Under the pieces are notes generated by a model. That model did no database searches and was not told where the DNA came from. It saw nothing but the letters and a program-made list of their open reading frames with translations. Shown here in pieces: positions 25,401 through 36,225 of a DNA stretch of 64,000 nucleotides. Numbering within the stretch: the first letter of the stretch is position 1; every line of letters starts with the position of its first letter. The DNA comes from Macrostomum hystrix (lineage: Eukaryota > Animalia > Platyhelminthes), in assembly GCA_950097015.1 (NCBI GenBank), contig CATNEN010000003.1:16058001-16122000 (forward strand), given 5' to 3'. The position numbers and the translations under genes were made by a program.

Positions 25401-28133
25401 ATTATTTCAGCATTCATCAGATGTCAGAGAGGGATATCAGAGAACAGAATACTGGAAAAGGAAAAGGGATAATTGAAAGGATAGTCGAAGGAATATGGGA
25501 ATAGAAAAAAGGAAAAAATAAAGAAACATATGATAAATGAAGGAATGGACGAAGGGATAACTGAAGAAATGGATGAAGAGATAAATGAAGGAATGGATGA
25601 AGGGATAAATGAAGGAATGGATGAAGGGATAAATGAAGGAATGGATGAAGGGATAAATGAAGGAATGGATGAAGGGATAAATGAAGGAATGGATGAAGGG
25701 ATAAATGAAGGAATGGATGAAGGGATAAATGAAGGAATGGATGAAGGGATAAATGAAGGAATGGATGAATGGATAAATAAAGGAACAGATAATGGGATAA
25801 ATGAAAGACTGGATGAATGGAGATAAATTAAGGAATGGAAGGAACAAATGAAGGGATAAACGCAGATATGGAGGAAGAAATAGATAAGGTACAGGTTATA
25901 AGAAATACAATAAGATCAGTTCTGAACTCACAAACTAGAGCCACAGAGGCCTTGTACGGTGTAGCCATATTGCTGACGTGACACTGGAAATTCAACTTGG
26001 CGTCCTTGATCTCAGCAGCCTTGTCGCTGAGTTTAACATAGGCGTGCGACATGCCAAGTGTCTCCCTGTACTTCGGATATCCTTCCTGTAGCAGGGCGGT
26101 GTCAAAGTCGGTAATTCTTAAAGGCATGCTAGGATTATTCCTAGCCGAACAGATGGGCACTTCGTCGGTGGTTTGAATCAGAATTTCGGTCGGTATTGTC
26201 ATCTCGCTGTGGATGGCTGGATCTGAAAATAAAATCATCGTAGGATAAGATTTTGCACTGTGCGAAATCAAGCATTTTTAGTGCTGTCTACAAGTATCAA
26301 GTACAGTTTCAGTACAGAATTTCAAAGTAGTTGAATCTAGTGCAGTCTAGCGAGAATCAACTGCAGTCTAGCAAGAATCTATTGCAGTCTAGCAAGAATC
26401 TAATGCAGTCTAGCAAGAATCTAATGCAGTCTAGCAAGAATCTATTGCAGTCTAGCAAGAATCTATTGCAGTCTAGCAAGAATCTACCGCAGTTTAGCAA
26501 GAATCTACCGCAGTCTAGCAAGAATCTATTGCAGTCTAGCAATAATCTATCGCATTACCTGTACCTGTATATTACCTGACTATTATTAGCTTCAGATTCT
26601 ATCACATGTCATCTTTATTACATTACATTATTACATACTTGGCCTGAGAATCGAACTCCCAACCACTTGGTGAGAATTTGAAAGAGCTTATTACTTTAAC
26701 TTGAAGATTCGAACCAGCGACCCCACTCGACACTTACAAGTAGCCAGTAGTACAATCTGTTTTGTCTGCCTCTCGCCGAATCCGTTAAACACTTCGCATC
26801 GGAAGTTAACAATCGGCTCTCTTGGCAATGTCTCGTGGAATTCCACCGCGTGGCCAACTGTGAGATTTGTGCGATTCTCTCGGCCGCTGATGCTCACTAC
26901 GAAGCCGGGCTCTGGTGTGACCTTTGGCGTCTCGCATTGGATTTTAATGCTGGTGTTAGCCGCATGCTGGCAGATAAGACAGGTGGGGAGGTGGGGGAAA
27001 CTCATCATTTGGTGTTAGCCGCCAGCTGGCAGATAAGTCAGGTTGGGAGCTGGGGCAAACTCATCATTTGGTGTCAGCCGCCAGCTGGCAGATAAGACAG
27101 GTGGGTAAGAGTATCTGAGTTTGATGGTGTCAGTACATCTGTCCTGACTATCTTTAGGCAGTGAAACCACACTCACATTGTGCCTTGTATGTAACAGGAG
27201 TAAAGTCGGGACAGGGGGTAAGATATGAAGATGAGGGGGTGGAAAGTGATACAAACAGCTAGCCAATCAGAGACGAGGGAGAGGAGAGAGAAGTAAGGGT
27301 TAGCTAAGAAGTTGAACACATATAGGGATAGAGAATTAAAGCAGATGGAGCGAGCGAGTGTAAACTAACACAGAGCAAAGGGGCAAGTAATAACAGGTAT
27401 CACACAAGCTCATTAATTTATCTCACCTCAGTTCCGTTGGCAATCGCAATGCTAGTTTCCTTGTTGAGAATGCGGAATTCGCTTATTGGTGGAGTTTTAT
27501 CGCCAACAGTTAGACGGACAGGCGAGGATGTTGGAAATTGGATAATGCTATGTCTCTGGCTAAGATGCTCCACCTTGCAATAGTAATCTCCCTGCATGGT
27601 GTCTCGCTGTGCCAAGATGTCTTTGATAATCAAAGAATCGCATGTAGTTTCATCTGTGTTGCATTCAGCTAATTTACAATTCTTATCGATTATTCTATTT
27701 TCCTGACAATTGTACTGAACCTCAGCAAAGTTATTAGTTCCAAGCATCAGAGTGTAGTAGACAGCAACTAAATTGGTTTGAGCCGGACAAGAGCAGGTGA
27801 AGCTAACTCGACTGCCAGTGAGGGCTAAGCTTGGCTCCACCTTCAATGTCACTTGCTGACTTGAGGAGCCTAAATTTATAACAAGTTATGATCATTAATT
27901 GATCAATAGAAAATCGAAAAATGTATACAGGCATATTCTTTTTATTATTTCACAAGCTAGAACTAAGAATATTAATTGTCTTCCTGACCATAATAAATGA
28001 TATCACATTCATGATGATGAGTTCATGACATTCATTCTTTGTTATGACTGGCCAATTAATAAAAATCTGACTCACTTTTAAGTACAGCAAATGACATAAC
28101 TGTCACCAAAATACACCTTGTAAGCAGAGACAT
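13431..28133 (-). CDS. Immunoglobulin-superfamily type I membrane protein, ~1017 aa: signal peptide, 3 x (Ig A, Ig B, Ig C), TM, very short tail. Exons 28133-28076, 27869-27427, 26966-26738, 26222-25932, 23060-22624, 22104-21876, 20783-20493, 19107-18671, 18155-17927, 16241-15951, 13549-13431
   Basis: Signal peptide MSLLTRCILVTVMSFAVLKS. Exon A has VSFxC...GDYYCKVEH (V/I-set DxGxYxC-like). Exon B has IQCETPKATPEP..FRCEVFNGFG. Exon C has PICSARNNP..FQCHVSN. TM exon reads MTSGIVILSITAFGIVAVCIVNASMRRS*. All junctions are GT-AG and phase-compatible; total 3054 nt. Confidence 0.8.
14233..14401. mobile_element. Short (169 bp) GC-rich element with inverted ends (mini-LTR or MITE); second copy at 19803-19971
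   Basis: TATTGTGGCGA ... TCGCCACAATA inverted termini (TG...CA) in an AT-rich intron. TSD is imperfect. Confidence 0.35.
14690..15830 (+). repeat. 24-bp purine-rich minisatellite (GAAGGAATGGATGAAGGGATAAAT)n; shorter copies at ~20250-20380 and ~25530-25820
   Basis: Direct tandem repeat in the intron downstream of exon C in each cassette. Confidence 0.95.
16350..17265 (+). repeat. 21-bp minisatellite (GCAGTCTAGCAAGAATCTAYT)n; shorter copies at ~20895-20960 and ~26335-26550
   Basis: Direct tandem repeat in the intron between exons B and C. Confidence 0.95.
18146..18352 (-). repeat. 59-bp tandem repeat duplicating the exon B splice acceptor (also ~22095-22300 and ~26957-27104)
   Basis: Unit contains ..CTTATCTGCCAG|CTGGCGGCTG. 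Exon starts after the AG fall at 18155, 18214, 18273 and 18332. Confidence 0.9.
18671..19107 (-). CDS. Ig V-like exon A (third copy in gene order) of the IgSF gene
   Basis: VSFNCSG...GDYYCKVEH. Near-identical to 22624-23060. Confidence 0.8.
21159..21757 (-). mobile_element. Probable tRNA-derived SINE with (TAGA)n tail, present in only one cassette copy
   Basis: Absent at the homologous site near 17800. Minus-strand head GGGTCGAGTGGGTCAGCGGCTAACG (A-box-like) with a degenerate B-box AGTATGATTC. 3' (TAGA)n tail at 21159-21178. Flanks TAAAAGCTGTGTAC / TAAAGATTTGTAC form a degenerate TSD. Confidence 0.6.
22624..23060 (-). CDS. Ig V-like exon A (second copy) of the IgSF gene
   Basis: Same motifs as 18671-19107, differing near the 3' end (VDDK..ILSMETSIEI). 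Confidence 0.8.
24321..24800 (+). repeat. 25-bp minisatellite (GGGTGAGATTAGATCAGTTAGTCAA)n
   Basis: Direct tandem repeat in the intron unique to the N-terminal cassette. Confidence 0.92.
27427..27869 (-). CDS. Ig V-like exon A (N-terminal, divergent copy) of the IgSF gene
   Basis: VSFTCSCP...GDYYCKVEH. Follows the signal-peptide exon in phase 1. Confidence 0.8.
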
Positions 28134-28506
28134 GCCGAGTTGCTTGATTACGTCCTTAATTTAGTTTTTGTGATTTTTAGTACGGCTGAAAAAAGAGAAA
28201 TATACAGTAGGAATGGGCAAATGCAAAATAGAAATGAAAATGACAAAATTACTCCATTAGAATTCATTCCGTAGCCTATATTGCTTTATGGTAGCATATA
28301 TTATCAGTGTCCGAGCGGCAAGACGCTTATTCTCTGTTATGGATATGATTATTTCATACGAATAACTCTATGCTGTGCACTGGTTTAACACTTTATTTAC
28401 ACATTGACTTTACACAGTCTTACTCAGGCTTCCAGTGGATCGGAGGGTATCAGTTACCCACACATACAGAATACTAATCACTCTTATATTTTTGCCTAAT
28501 GCCGGG

Positions 28507-29093
28507 TCAAACTTTCAACCTCTGGGGCTGTGGGCGATCCAACCGGGCGTACGCGATGACCAGCATGTACTTCTTTATAAGTTGGACCAGCTGCTCCATG
28601 ACGGCCAAGAAATTGCCACCCGGGCCATCTTTCGGCGGCTGACTGCCATTGGTCGACTGCTGCTGCTGCTGCTGCTGTGACGGCTGTAGCGGCTGTTGCT
28701 GCAGCGGCTGCTGCGGCGGCTGCTGCTGTTGCAGCTGCTGATGCGGCTTCTGCTCAGGGTGCTGTCGTGGGCTACAGACTCGTGGGGTACATAGCCCTCG
28801 GGACCAGACTGCTCTTCCGGAAGTTTCCGCGTCATCGGCTTTGCAGCGATTGGCCGGTAAGCCGGCAGAGGGCCGAAGGCTTCTGTCCAGAGGGCTTCGG
28901 ACATTGGCCAGTCGTGGCTCGGTGCGCTGGCGCAGCGGAGTCTCCGGCTGCTGCTCATTTTGCTGTTCAGCGACGATCGGCGAATCTTCCATGGCTTCTT
29001 CTGACTCACCGAACTTACAGGAGGCAGACCAATCGTAATCGCCTCTAGCATGCGGTCGAACTCCTTCGTATCAACAGCGTCAAAATTCTCCAT
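28507..29093 (-). CDS. Hypothetical low-complexity protein(s); overlapping ORFs 29093-28575 (Ser/Arg-rich) and 28992-28507 (Gln/Pro-rich)
   Basis: GC-rich island with TATAAATAG ~80 nt upstream of an ATG in good context (GCAATGG) and AATAAA at ~28392-28397 downstream. No recognisable domain. Confidence 0.3.
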
Positions 29094-32029
29094 TGCTCGG
29101 ACTTTTTCTCTGCTCTCAGAACGAAATGATTTTGCTCTTATTTCTGCTCCTCTTCGTTCCCAGTGTTTCTCTATTTATAGGTGACAAAGCAGGTGTCGGA
29201 TTTTATTCATCAGATTTCATAACCCCTACCTAGGGGTTAACTATCCAATAGCGCTTGACTTCCTCGTCAGAAGCAGTCGTCAGAAAAGTATGTTCTAGCT
29301 GCTGCTAGTTCTAACTGAATGATGAAGCAGCTCGTCAAAAAATTATGTTCTAGCTGCTGTTAGCATCCTGTTGCGCTAAAACTGAGAAAAATACTCCGTA
29401 TACAAAATAGGCTGTGTAAGTATGTTAATATAGTAGGCCCTAAAAGCTTTGTCAATATAATAGGCCCTACAGGCTGTTAGTATAATAGGCCATGCAGTCT
29501 TTGTACATACAATAGACCGTATCATTATCGGTCTGTAAATATAATATTTATAGCGCACGCAGTTTACTCTGATATACAAAAAAGTCTGGATCAGTTCTCT
29601 CTAATTAAAATATACTCGTAATTGTCATCTCTACAAGTTTAATGCAGCTATCAGCTGCGTATAAAATATATTAGATCCTATACTAATGCTCGTTGTTGAT
29701 ATAATAATATATCCTGCAGCTCTCTGTTAATATTATATCTAGCCTGTTTAGATATAGTCCACGCATATAGAGAGCTTACGAAAAGGCTGACTTATTCTTC
29801 GAACTGTTGATGAATATTTTTATCTTGGCTCTCTGAAAAAAATTAAACTGTAAGCAGGTCGTTCGAGCAGTTTGGCCGGGCTAAAACTAAGACTAATTAA
29901 TTTGCTAGTTTGCTTGACACCCTGCATAAAACCTTCGAAATTGAAAGGGGCACTGTCTCTTACTCGATAGTCTATGGTAGAAGTGGTGAGGAAGGACCCG
30001 CCCTGCTTTTAAGCTTGAGCCTGCGGGAGGGCCGCTCTGCGGCCATAGACATTTCCGTATTGTGTGGCTGCGGCCCGAAAGCTCTTCGCACGTATTAGCA
30101 GCAACAAATATTGAAACATTGAATTAAGAGCACTCAATTTCTGCAGCTAAGAAAGCCATTCAACGTAAAACAAACCAAAGCAATATTTTTAGTCGATATT
30201 GTGACGTTGTCATTGAATGTAGATCTAACTAGCGCCGTTTTAACTCATTTTGGAATTTTTTCAATTTAATATTCATTTCCACCAATTTTTTTATGTTTTA
30301 TTGGCTACTTTAAGCAAAAGTTTGAGTACAAAACCATCTTAATTTGTGCGATGCGATCGGAAGTTCTGTGTAATCTGCTATCGATAATTTCTTGTTAATA
30401 GTTCCATTTTTGCGCGAGCCAATTGTAAGGCCAGTCATAGATTATGCCGGGTCAAAATTAAGCTTCTGTTGGTGCGCCCACCCCCAGCCTGCTCCTTATC
30501 TATGAGTTATATGTCGGGCTGGAGGCTCGGAGTCGGGACCACCCTTTTCACTCTCCCGTTTTCGTTCCTTCCGCCGCTCCACTCCTTAGCGTAGTGAGTT
30601 TGCCTTGGTCAGAGAGTGCTGTCCTGCTTACCGGCCGGCATTTCTTAGTGACCAGAAACCTTTGTACCTCGCCACCTAGCCTTCTAGTCTCAGAAGTGCA
30701 CCGCCATAAGATCACGCCACGCCTTAGCCACCGGCATCTCAGCCTCTGTTATCCTCACTTCATAATTGTTGCCTGCCGCAGTGCAAGAAGGGATTCAACC
30801 CTATTATATTGTTACCCACGCTGATAACGAGCGAGTCTGTCGGTATACCTATGTCCTCTACGTCGCCAATAATAATATTCGTCATCGCCTACTATTACCG
30901 TCAATGTCTGAGTCATTGTGTAGCTTCCGCTACACAAAACTTCGCCGTGTTTGTCGTTATTTATTTCACCTGGTCCACACCGAGAGCGTCACATATTTAA
31001 TCGTTATGAGATCCATAAGCTAAATTCTACTTGAAATGTGATAATTACAAAAGTTTTATAGAAATAATAGCTAAATCAATTTCCATAATATACACCATAA
31101 GCAAATACAGTAACTTTCGTTTTCAGCGCTAAATCTTCAAATTCACCGCGGATTCTACAAGAATGACTTTTAGAATAGACTCGGCAAATGAAGTCGGTGA
31201 CTTATTACGGGATGAGTGAGCCGTGATGCATATCAAAGTACTGATAAAGACTTATTAAGACTCTGACTGACCCCTGCCCTTCCGTTCTATCTCCCAGACC
31301 CGCCATAAATCTCTTGGCGTTCAGTGATTAATCAAACTTTCAATAAAGAGAGGGGGCGCAGTGTCTTTAATAATTCGTCCAGCTTTCCTAATTATCAATA
31401 CCCGCTATCTATCTATATACTAAAAATGAAAACTATCTATATATATGTATGCGCGATCGATTTTCTCAAAAACGGCTTAACCGATTTTCACTATTTCTTC
31501 ACCAAAAGATGCCAAATATGGGGACAATTTTACACGTATTTTTATTAAGCTTAACTTTATTCCAAAGGGATTAAATATTCGAAAAACATGTTTTTTTGAC
31601 TATTTCAAAGGTCAAACTATCTTGGCCTATTGAGAATTTCATTCACTGACTGCCACTGAATTAGAATTGCATCGTCAAATTGCGCAACAACCCCTAGCTG
31701 ATTGAATTTAAAGCCTGCACTCTGGAGACAAATTGGAAATAAATGTACACAACCAACCGCGAGACTAAGTGTACTCTATTTTCTTTCTTCATTGTACAAA
31801 GCCAGAACTTTGAGAATTCATTTTATAAGGCAGATTTTTGCACCCACTAACCAACAGTCGGAATAGCCGATGTGTAGGCACTAGGAATAGGTTAGGCTAG
31901 GCTAGGGTTCGATTCTGCACTGCGTCAAATCATTTAGACTAATTTTCAGCCAGTAGTGATTGAAGATTATTTTAATTTATTTTTTCATTTCGTAAATAAA
32001 ATATCATAAATCATAGCAAACCTGAGTTT

Positions 32030-34210
32030 GTCATAGAAAACCTGAGTTTGAATCATGGCTAAACCATAGTCTGAATCATGGCTAAACCAGAGTTTGAATC
32101 ATGGCTAAACCAGAGTCTGAATCATGGCTAAACCATAGTCTGAATCATGGCTAAACCAGAGTTTGAATCATAGTTAACCAGAGTTTGAATCATGGCTAAA
32201 CCAGAGCTTGAATCATGGCTAAACCAGAGCTTGAATCCTGGCAAAATCAGAGTTTTAATCATGACTAAACCAGATTTTGAATCATGGCTAAACCAGAGCT
32301 TGAATCATAGCTAAACCAGAGTTTGAATCATGGCAAAACCAGCGTTTGAATCATGGCTAAACCAGCGTTTGAATCATGGCTAAACCAGCGTTTGAATCCT
32401 GGCAAAATCAGAGTTTTAATCATGACTAAACCAGATTTTGAATCATGGCTAAACCAGAGTCTGAATCATGGCTTAACCAGAGTTTGAATCATGGCTAAAC
32501 CAGCGTTTGAATCATGGCTAACCTAGAGTCTGAATCATGGCTAAATTTGAATCAAGGCGAAACCAGAGTTTGAATCATGGCTACACCAGAGTTTGAATCA
32601 TGGCTAACCTAGAGTCTGAATCATGGCTAAATTTGAATCAAGGCGAAACCAGAGTCTGAATCATGGCAAAACCAGAGTCTGATTCATGGCTAAACCAGAG
32701 TTTGAATCATGGCAAAACAAGAGTTTGAATCATAGTTAACCAGAGTTTGAATCATGGCTAAACCAGAGCTTGAATCATGGCTAAACCAGAGCTTGAATCA
32801 TAGCTAAACCAGAGTTTGAATCATGGCAAAACCAGCGTTTGAATCATGGCTAAACCAGCGTTTGAATCATGGCTAAACCAGCGTTTGAATCCTGGCAAAA
32901 TCAGAGTTTTAATCATGACTAAACCAGATTTTGAATCATGGCTAAACCAGAGTCTGAATCATGGCTTAACCAGAGTTTGAATCATGGCTAAACCAGCGTT
33001 TGAATCATGGCTAACCTAGAGTCTGAATCATGGCTAAATTTGAATCAAGGCGAAACCAGAGTTTGAATCATGGCTACACCAGAGTTTGAATCATGGCTAA
33101 CCTAGAGTCTGAATCATGGCTAAATTTGAATCAAGGCGAAACCAGAGTCTGAATCATGGCAAAACCAGAGTCTGATTCATGGCTAAACCAGAGTTTGAAT
33201 CATGGCAAAACAAGAGTTTGAATCATAGTTAACCAGAGTTTGAATCATGGCTAAACCAGAGCTTGAATCATGGCTAAACCAGAGCTTGAATCATAGCTAA
33301 ACCAGAGTTTGAATCATGGCAAAACCAGCGTTTGAATCATGGCTAAACCAGCGTTTGAATCATGGCTAAACCAGCGTTTGAATCCTGGCAAAATCAGAGT
33401 TTTAATCATGACTAAACCAGATTTTGAATCATGGCTAAACCAGAGTCTGAATCATGGCTTAACCAGAGTTTGAATCATGGCTAAACCAGCGTTTGAATCA
33501 TGGCTAACCTAGAGTCTGAATCATGGCTAAATTTGAATCAAGGCGAAACCAGAGTTTGAATCATGGCTACACCAGAGTTTGAATCATGGCTAACCTAGAG
33601 TCTGAATCATGGCTAAATTTGAATCAAGGCGAAACCAGAGTCTGAATCATGGCAAAACCAGAGTCTGATTCATGGCTAAACCAGAGTTTGAATCATGGCA
33701 AAACAAGAGTTTGAATCATAGTTAACCAGAGTTTGAATCATGGCTAAACCAGAGCTTGAATCATGGCTAAACCAGAGCTTGAATCATAGCTAAACCAGAG
33801 TTTGAATCATGGCAAAACCAGCGTTTGAATCATGGCTAAACCAGCGTTTGAATCATGGCTAAACCAGCGTTTGAATCCTGGCAAAATCAGAGTTTTAATC
33901 ATGACTAAACCAGATTTTGAATCATGGCTAAACCAGAGTCTGAATCATGGCTTAACCAGAGTTTGAATCATGGCAAAACCAGCGTTTGAATCATGGCTAA
34001 CCTAGAGTCTGAATCATGGCTAAATTTGAATCAAGGCGAAACCAGAGTTTGAATCATGGCTACACCAGAGTTTAAATCATGGCTAAAACAGAGTTTGAAT
34101 CATGGCTAAATTAGAGTTTGAATCATGGTAAAACGAGAGTTTGAATCATAGCCCACCAGGGTTTAAAACATGGCGAAACCTGAGTTTGAATCTTGGCTAA
34201 CCCAGCGTTT
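32030..34210 (+). repeat. 23-bp satellite (GAATCATGGCTAAACCAGAGTTT)n with a 493-bp higher-order repeat
   Basis: The diagnostic variant CATAGTTAACC recurs at 32731, 33224 and 33717 (493-bp spacing). Confidence 0.95.
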
Positions 34211-34224
34211 GAAAAATCAACGTC

Positions 34225-35320
34225 AAACGGGGAGTCATCATCAAAATGGGGATCAAGGTAAACTGGGGGATAATCGTCAACTGGAGGATCTTGGTAAACT
34301 GGGGGATCTTTGTCAACTGGGGGATCATTGTCAACTGTGGGATCATTGTCAACTGGGGGATCATTGTCAACTGGGGGATCATTGTCAACTGGGAATTCAT
34401 TGTCAACTGGGGCATCATCATCAACTGGGGGATCATCATCAACTGGGGATCATCATCAACTGGGGGATCATTGTCAACTGGGTGATCATTGTCAAGTGGG
34501 GGATCATTGTCAACTGGGGGATCATTGTCAACTGGGGGATCATTGTCAACTGAGTGATCATTGTCAACTGGGGGATCATCGTCAACTGCGGGATCATTGT
34601 CAACTGGGGGATCATGGCCAACCGGCGGGATCATTGTCAACTGGGGGATCATTGTCAACTGGGGGATCATTGTCAACTGGGGGATCATTGTCATCTGGGG
34701 GATCATTGTCAACTGGGGGGATCATTGTCAACTGGGTGATCATCATCAACTGGGGGATCATTGTCAACTGGGGGAACATTGTCAACTGGAGGAACATTGT
34801 TAACTGGGGATCATCATCAATGGGGAGACTTCATCAACTGGGGGATCATTGTGAACTGGGGGATCTTTGTTAACTTTGGGATCATTGTCAACTGGGGGAT
34901 CATTCTCAACTGGGGGATCATTGTCAACTAAAGGATCATTGTGAACTGGGGGATCTTTGTCAACTGGGGGATCATTGTCAACTGTGGGATCATTGTCAAC
35001 TGGGGGATCATTGTCAACTAGCGGATCATCGTCAACTGGGGGATCATTGTCAAATGGGGGATCATTGTCAACTAGGGGATCATTGTCAACTGTGGGATCA
35101 TTGTCAACTGGGGGATCATTGTCAACTGGGGGATCATTCTCAACTGGGGGATCATTGTCAACTGGAGGATCATTGTCAACTAGGGGATCATTGTCAAATG
35201 GGGGATCATTGTCAACTGGGGGATCGTTGTCAACTGGGGGTTCATTGTCAACTGGGGGATCATCATCAACTAGGGATCATCATCAACTGGGGGATCATTG
35301 TCAACTGGGGGTTCATTGTA
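34225..35320 (+). repeat. 18-bp satellite (GGATCATTGTCAACTGGG)n; also 37970-38668 and 63590-64000
   Basis: Direct tandem repeat. Confidence 0.95.
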
Positions 35321-35412
35321 GCTTTTAAAAGCTGTAAATTCAGCTGCTAAAAAGTATATACTGGACGAATTAAAAATATTTCTGCTCCCCGAAGGGGGGC
35401 AAAACTTGCTAG

Positions 35413-35882
35413 TCTATATAACTAAAGATGAAAACTATCTATATATATATATGTATGCGCGATCGATTTTCTCAAAAACGGCTTAACCGATTTTCACTAT
35501 TTCTTCACCAAAAGATGCCAAATATGGGGACAATTATACACGTATTTTTATTAAGCTTAACTTTATTGCTAAGGGGATTAAATATTCGAAAAACTGTTTT
35601 AGATAGGATTTTTAATGCATTCAATCAGAGCCAGTTTTGTCAACGTGCATACCACTGCCAATTTTTATGATTGCATCAGGGCCAGTTTTGTTAAAAGTGA
35701 AATCTGGCGGCAGAATTTCACTGTGTCAAATGTACATAGCTGTGTCAACCCCACTGTACCTTTTCTGGCCTGCCCCGGCCTGTTTGGCTGACTATAACAA
35801 TTGAATTGAGGCGTGTGTACCTGCCTACCCCCTTTGAACCAGCCTTGAACCTTTCCTGCCTGCCAATTGAATTGAGATTACA
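35413..35882 (+). mobile_element. Helitron 5' fragment H2 (470 bp), identical to the 5' end of the autonomous element at 38761-39230
   Basis: Starts TCTATATAACTAAAGATG. Interrupted at GAGATTACA|T by the next Helitron; the intact copy reads GAGATTACA|TCATGC. Confidence 0.85.
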
Positions 35883-36225
35883 TCTAATATACTAAAAATG
35901 AAAATCTTGCTTGCTTGCTTGCTTGCTTGTATGTTTGCAATCGACTAGCTCCCGAACGGCTCAACCGATTTTCGCAATTCCTTCGCCAAAAGATCACAAA
36001 TGGGCCGGAATCGGTACACGTATTTTTATTAAGCTTAATTTCATTGCTAAGGGGATTAAATATTCGAAAAACAGTTTTAAATAGGCTTTTCTAATGCATT
36101 CTTGTTTTCAGCTTGTGCACAGTGAGGCTCCAGTGCCAATTTTTATGATTGCATCAGAGCCAGTTTTGATAACGAACTGATAAGAACTCCAGTGAGGCTA
36201 CCCAGAGGGTAGCGAAGGCAGCTAG
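35883..36225 (+). mobile_element. Miniature Helitron H3 (343 bp)
   Basis: A|TCTAATATACTAAAAATG, (GCTT)n microsatellite, hairpin GCTACCC-AGA-GGGTAGC, CTAG end. Confidence 0.88.

Larger units (their letters stand above)
31412..35412 (+). mobile_element. Non-autonomous Helitron H1 carrying 23-bp and 18-bp satellites
   Basis: 5' A|TCTATATACTAAAAATG (start could be 31408) with the conserved AACGGCTTAACCGATTTT motif. 3' hairpin GCTCCCC-GAA-GGGGGGC, then CTAG at 35409-35412. Confidence 0.85.

Noticed and set aside
15951-27869. Three separate Ig genes or an assembly triplication
   Set aside because: Only one signal-peptide exon and one TM exon were found, all phases join into one ORF, and the copies differ by substitutions, VNTR lengths and a SINE insertion.
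30512-30993. Possible solo LTR (TGTCGGG...CGTCACA)
   Set aside because: Terminal inverted match is weak and the flanks (TATA/TATT) are not a clean TSD, so it cannot be supported.
34170-35350. ORFs with LGDHCQ / STGGSL / WGIIVN repeats (also 38096-38422 and 63562-63933)
   Set aside because: Artefacts of an 18-bp satellite with frequent frameshifting indels.
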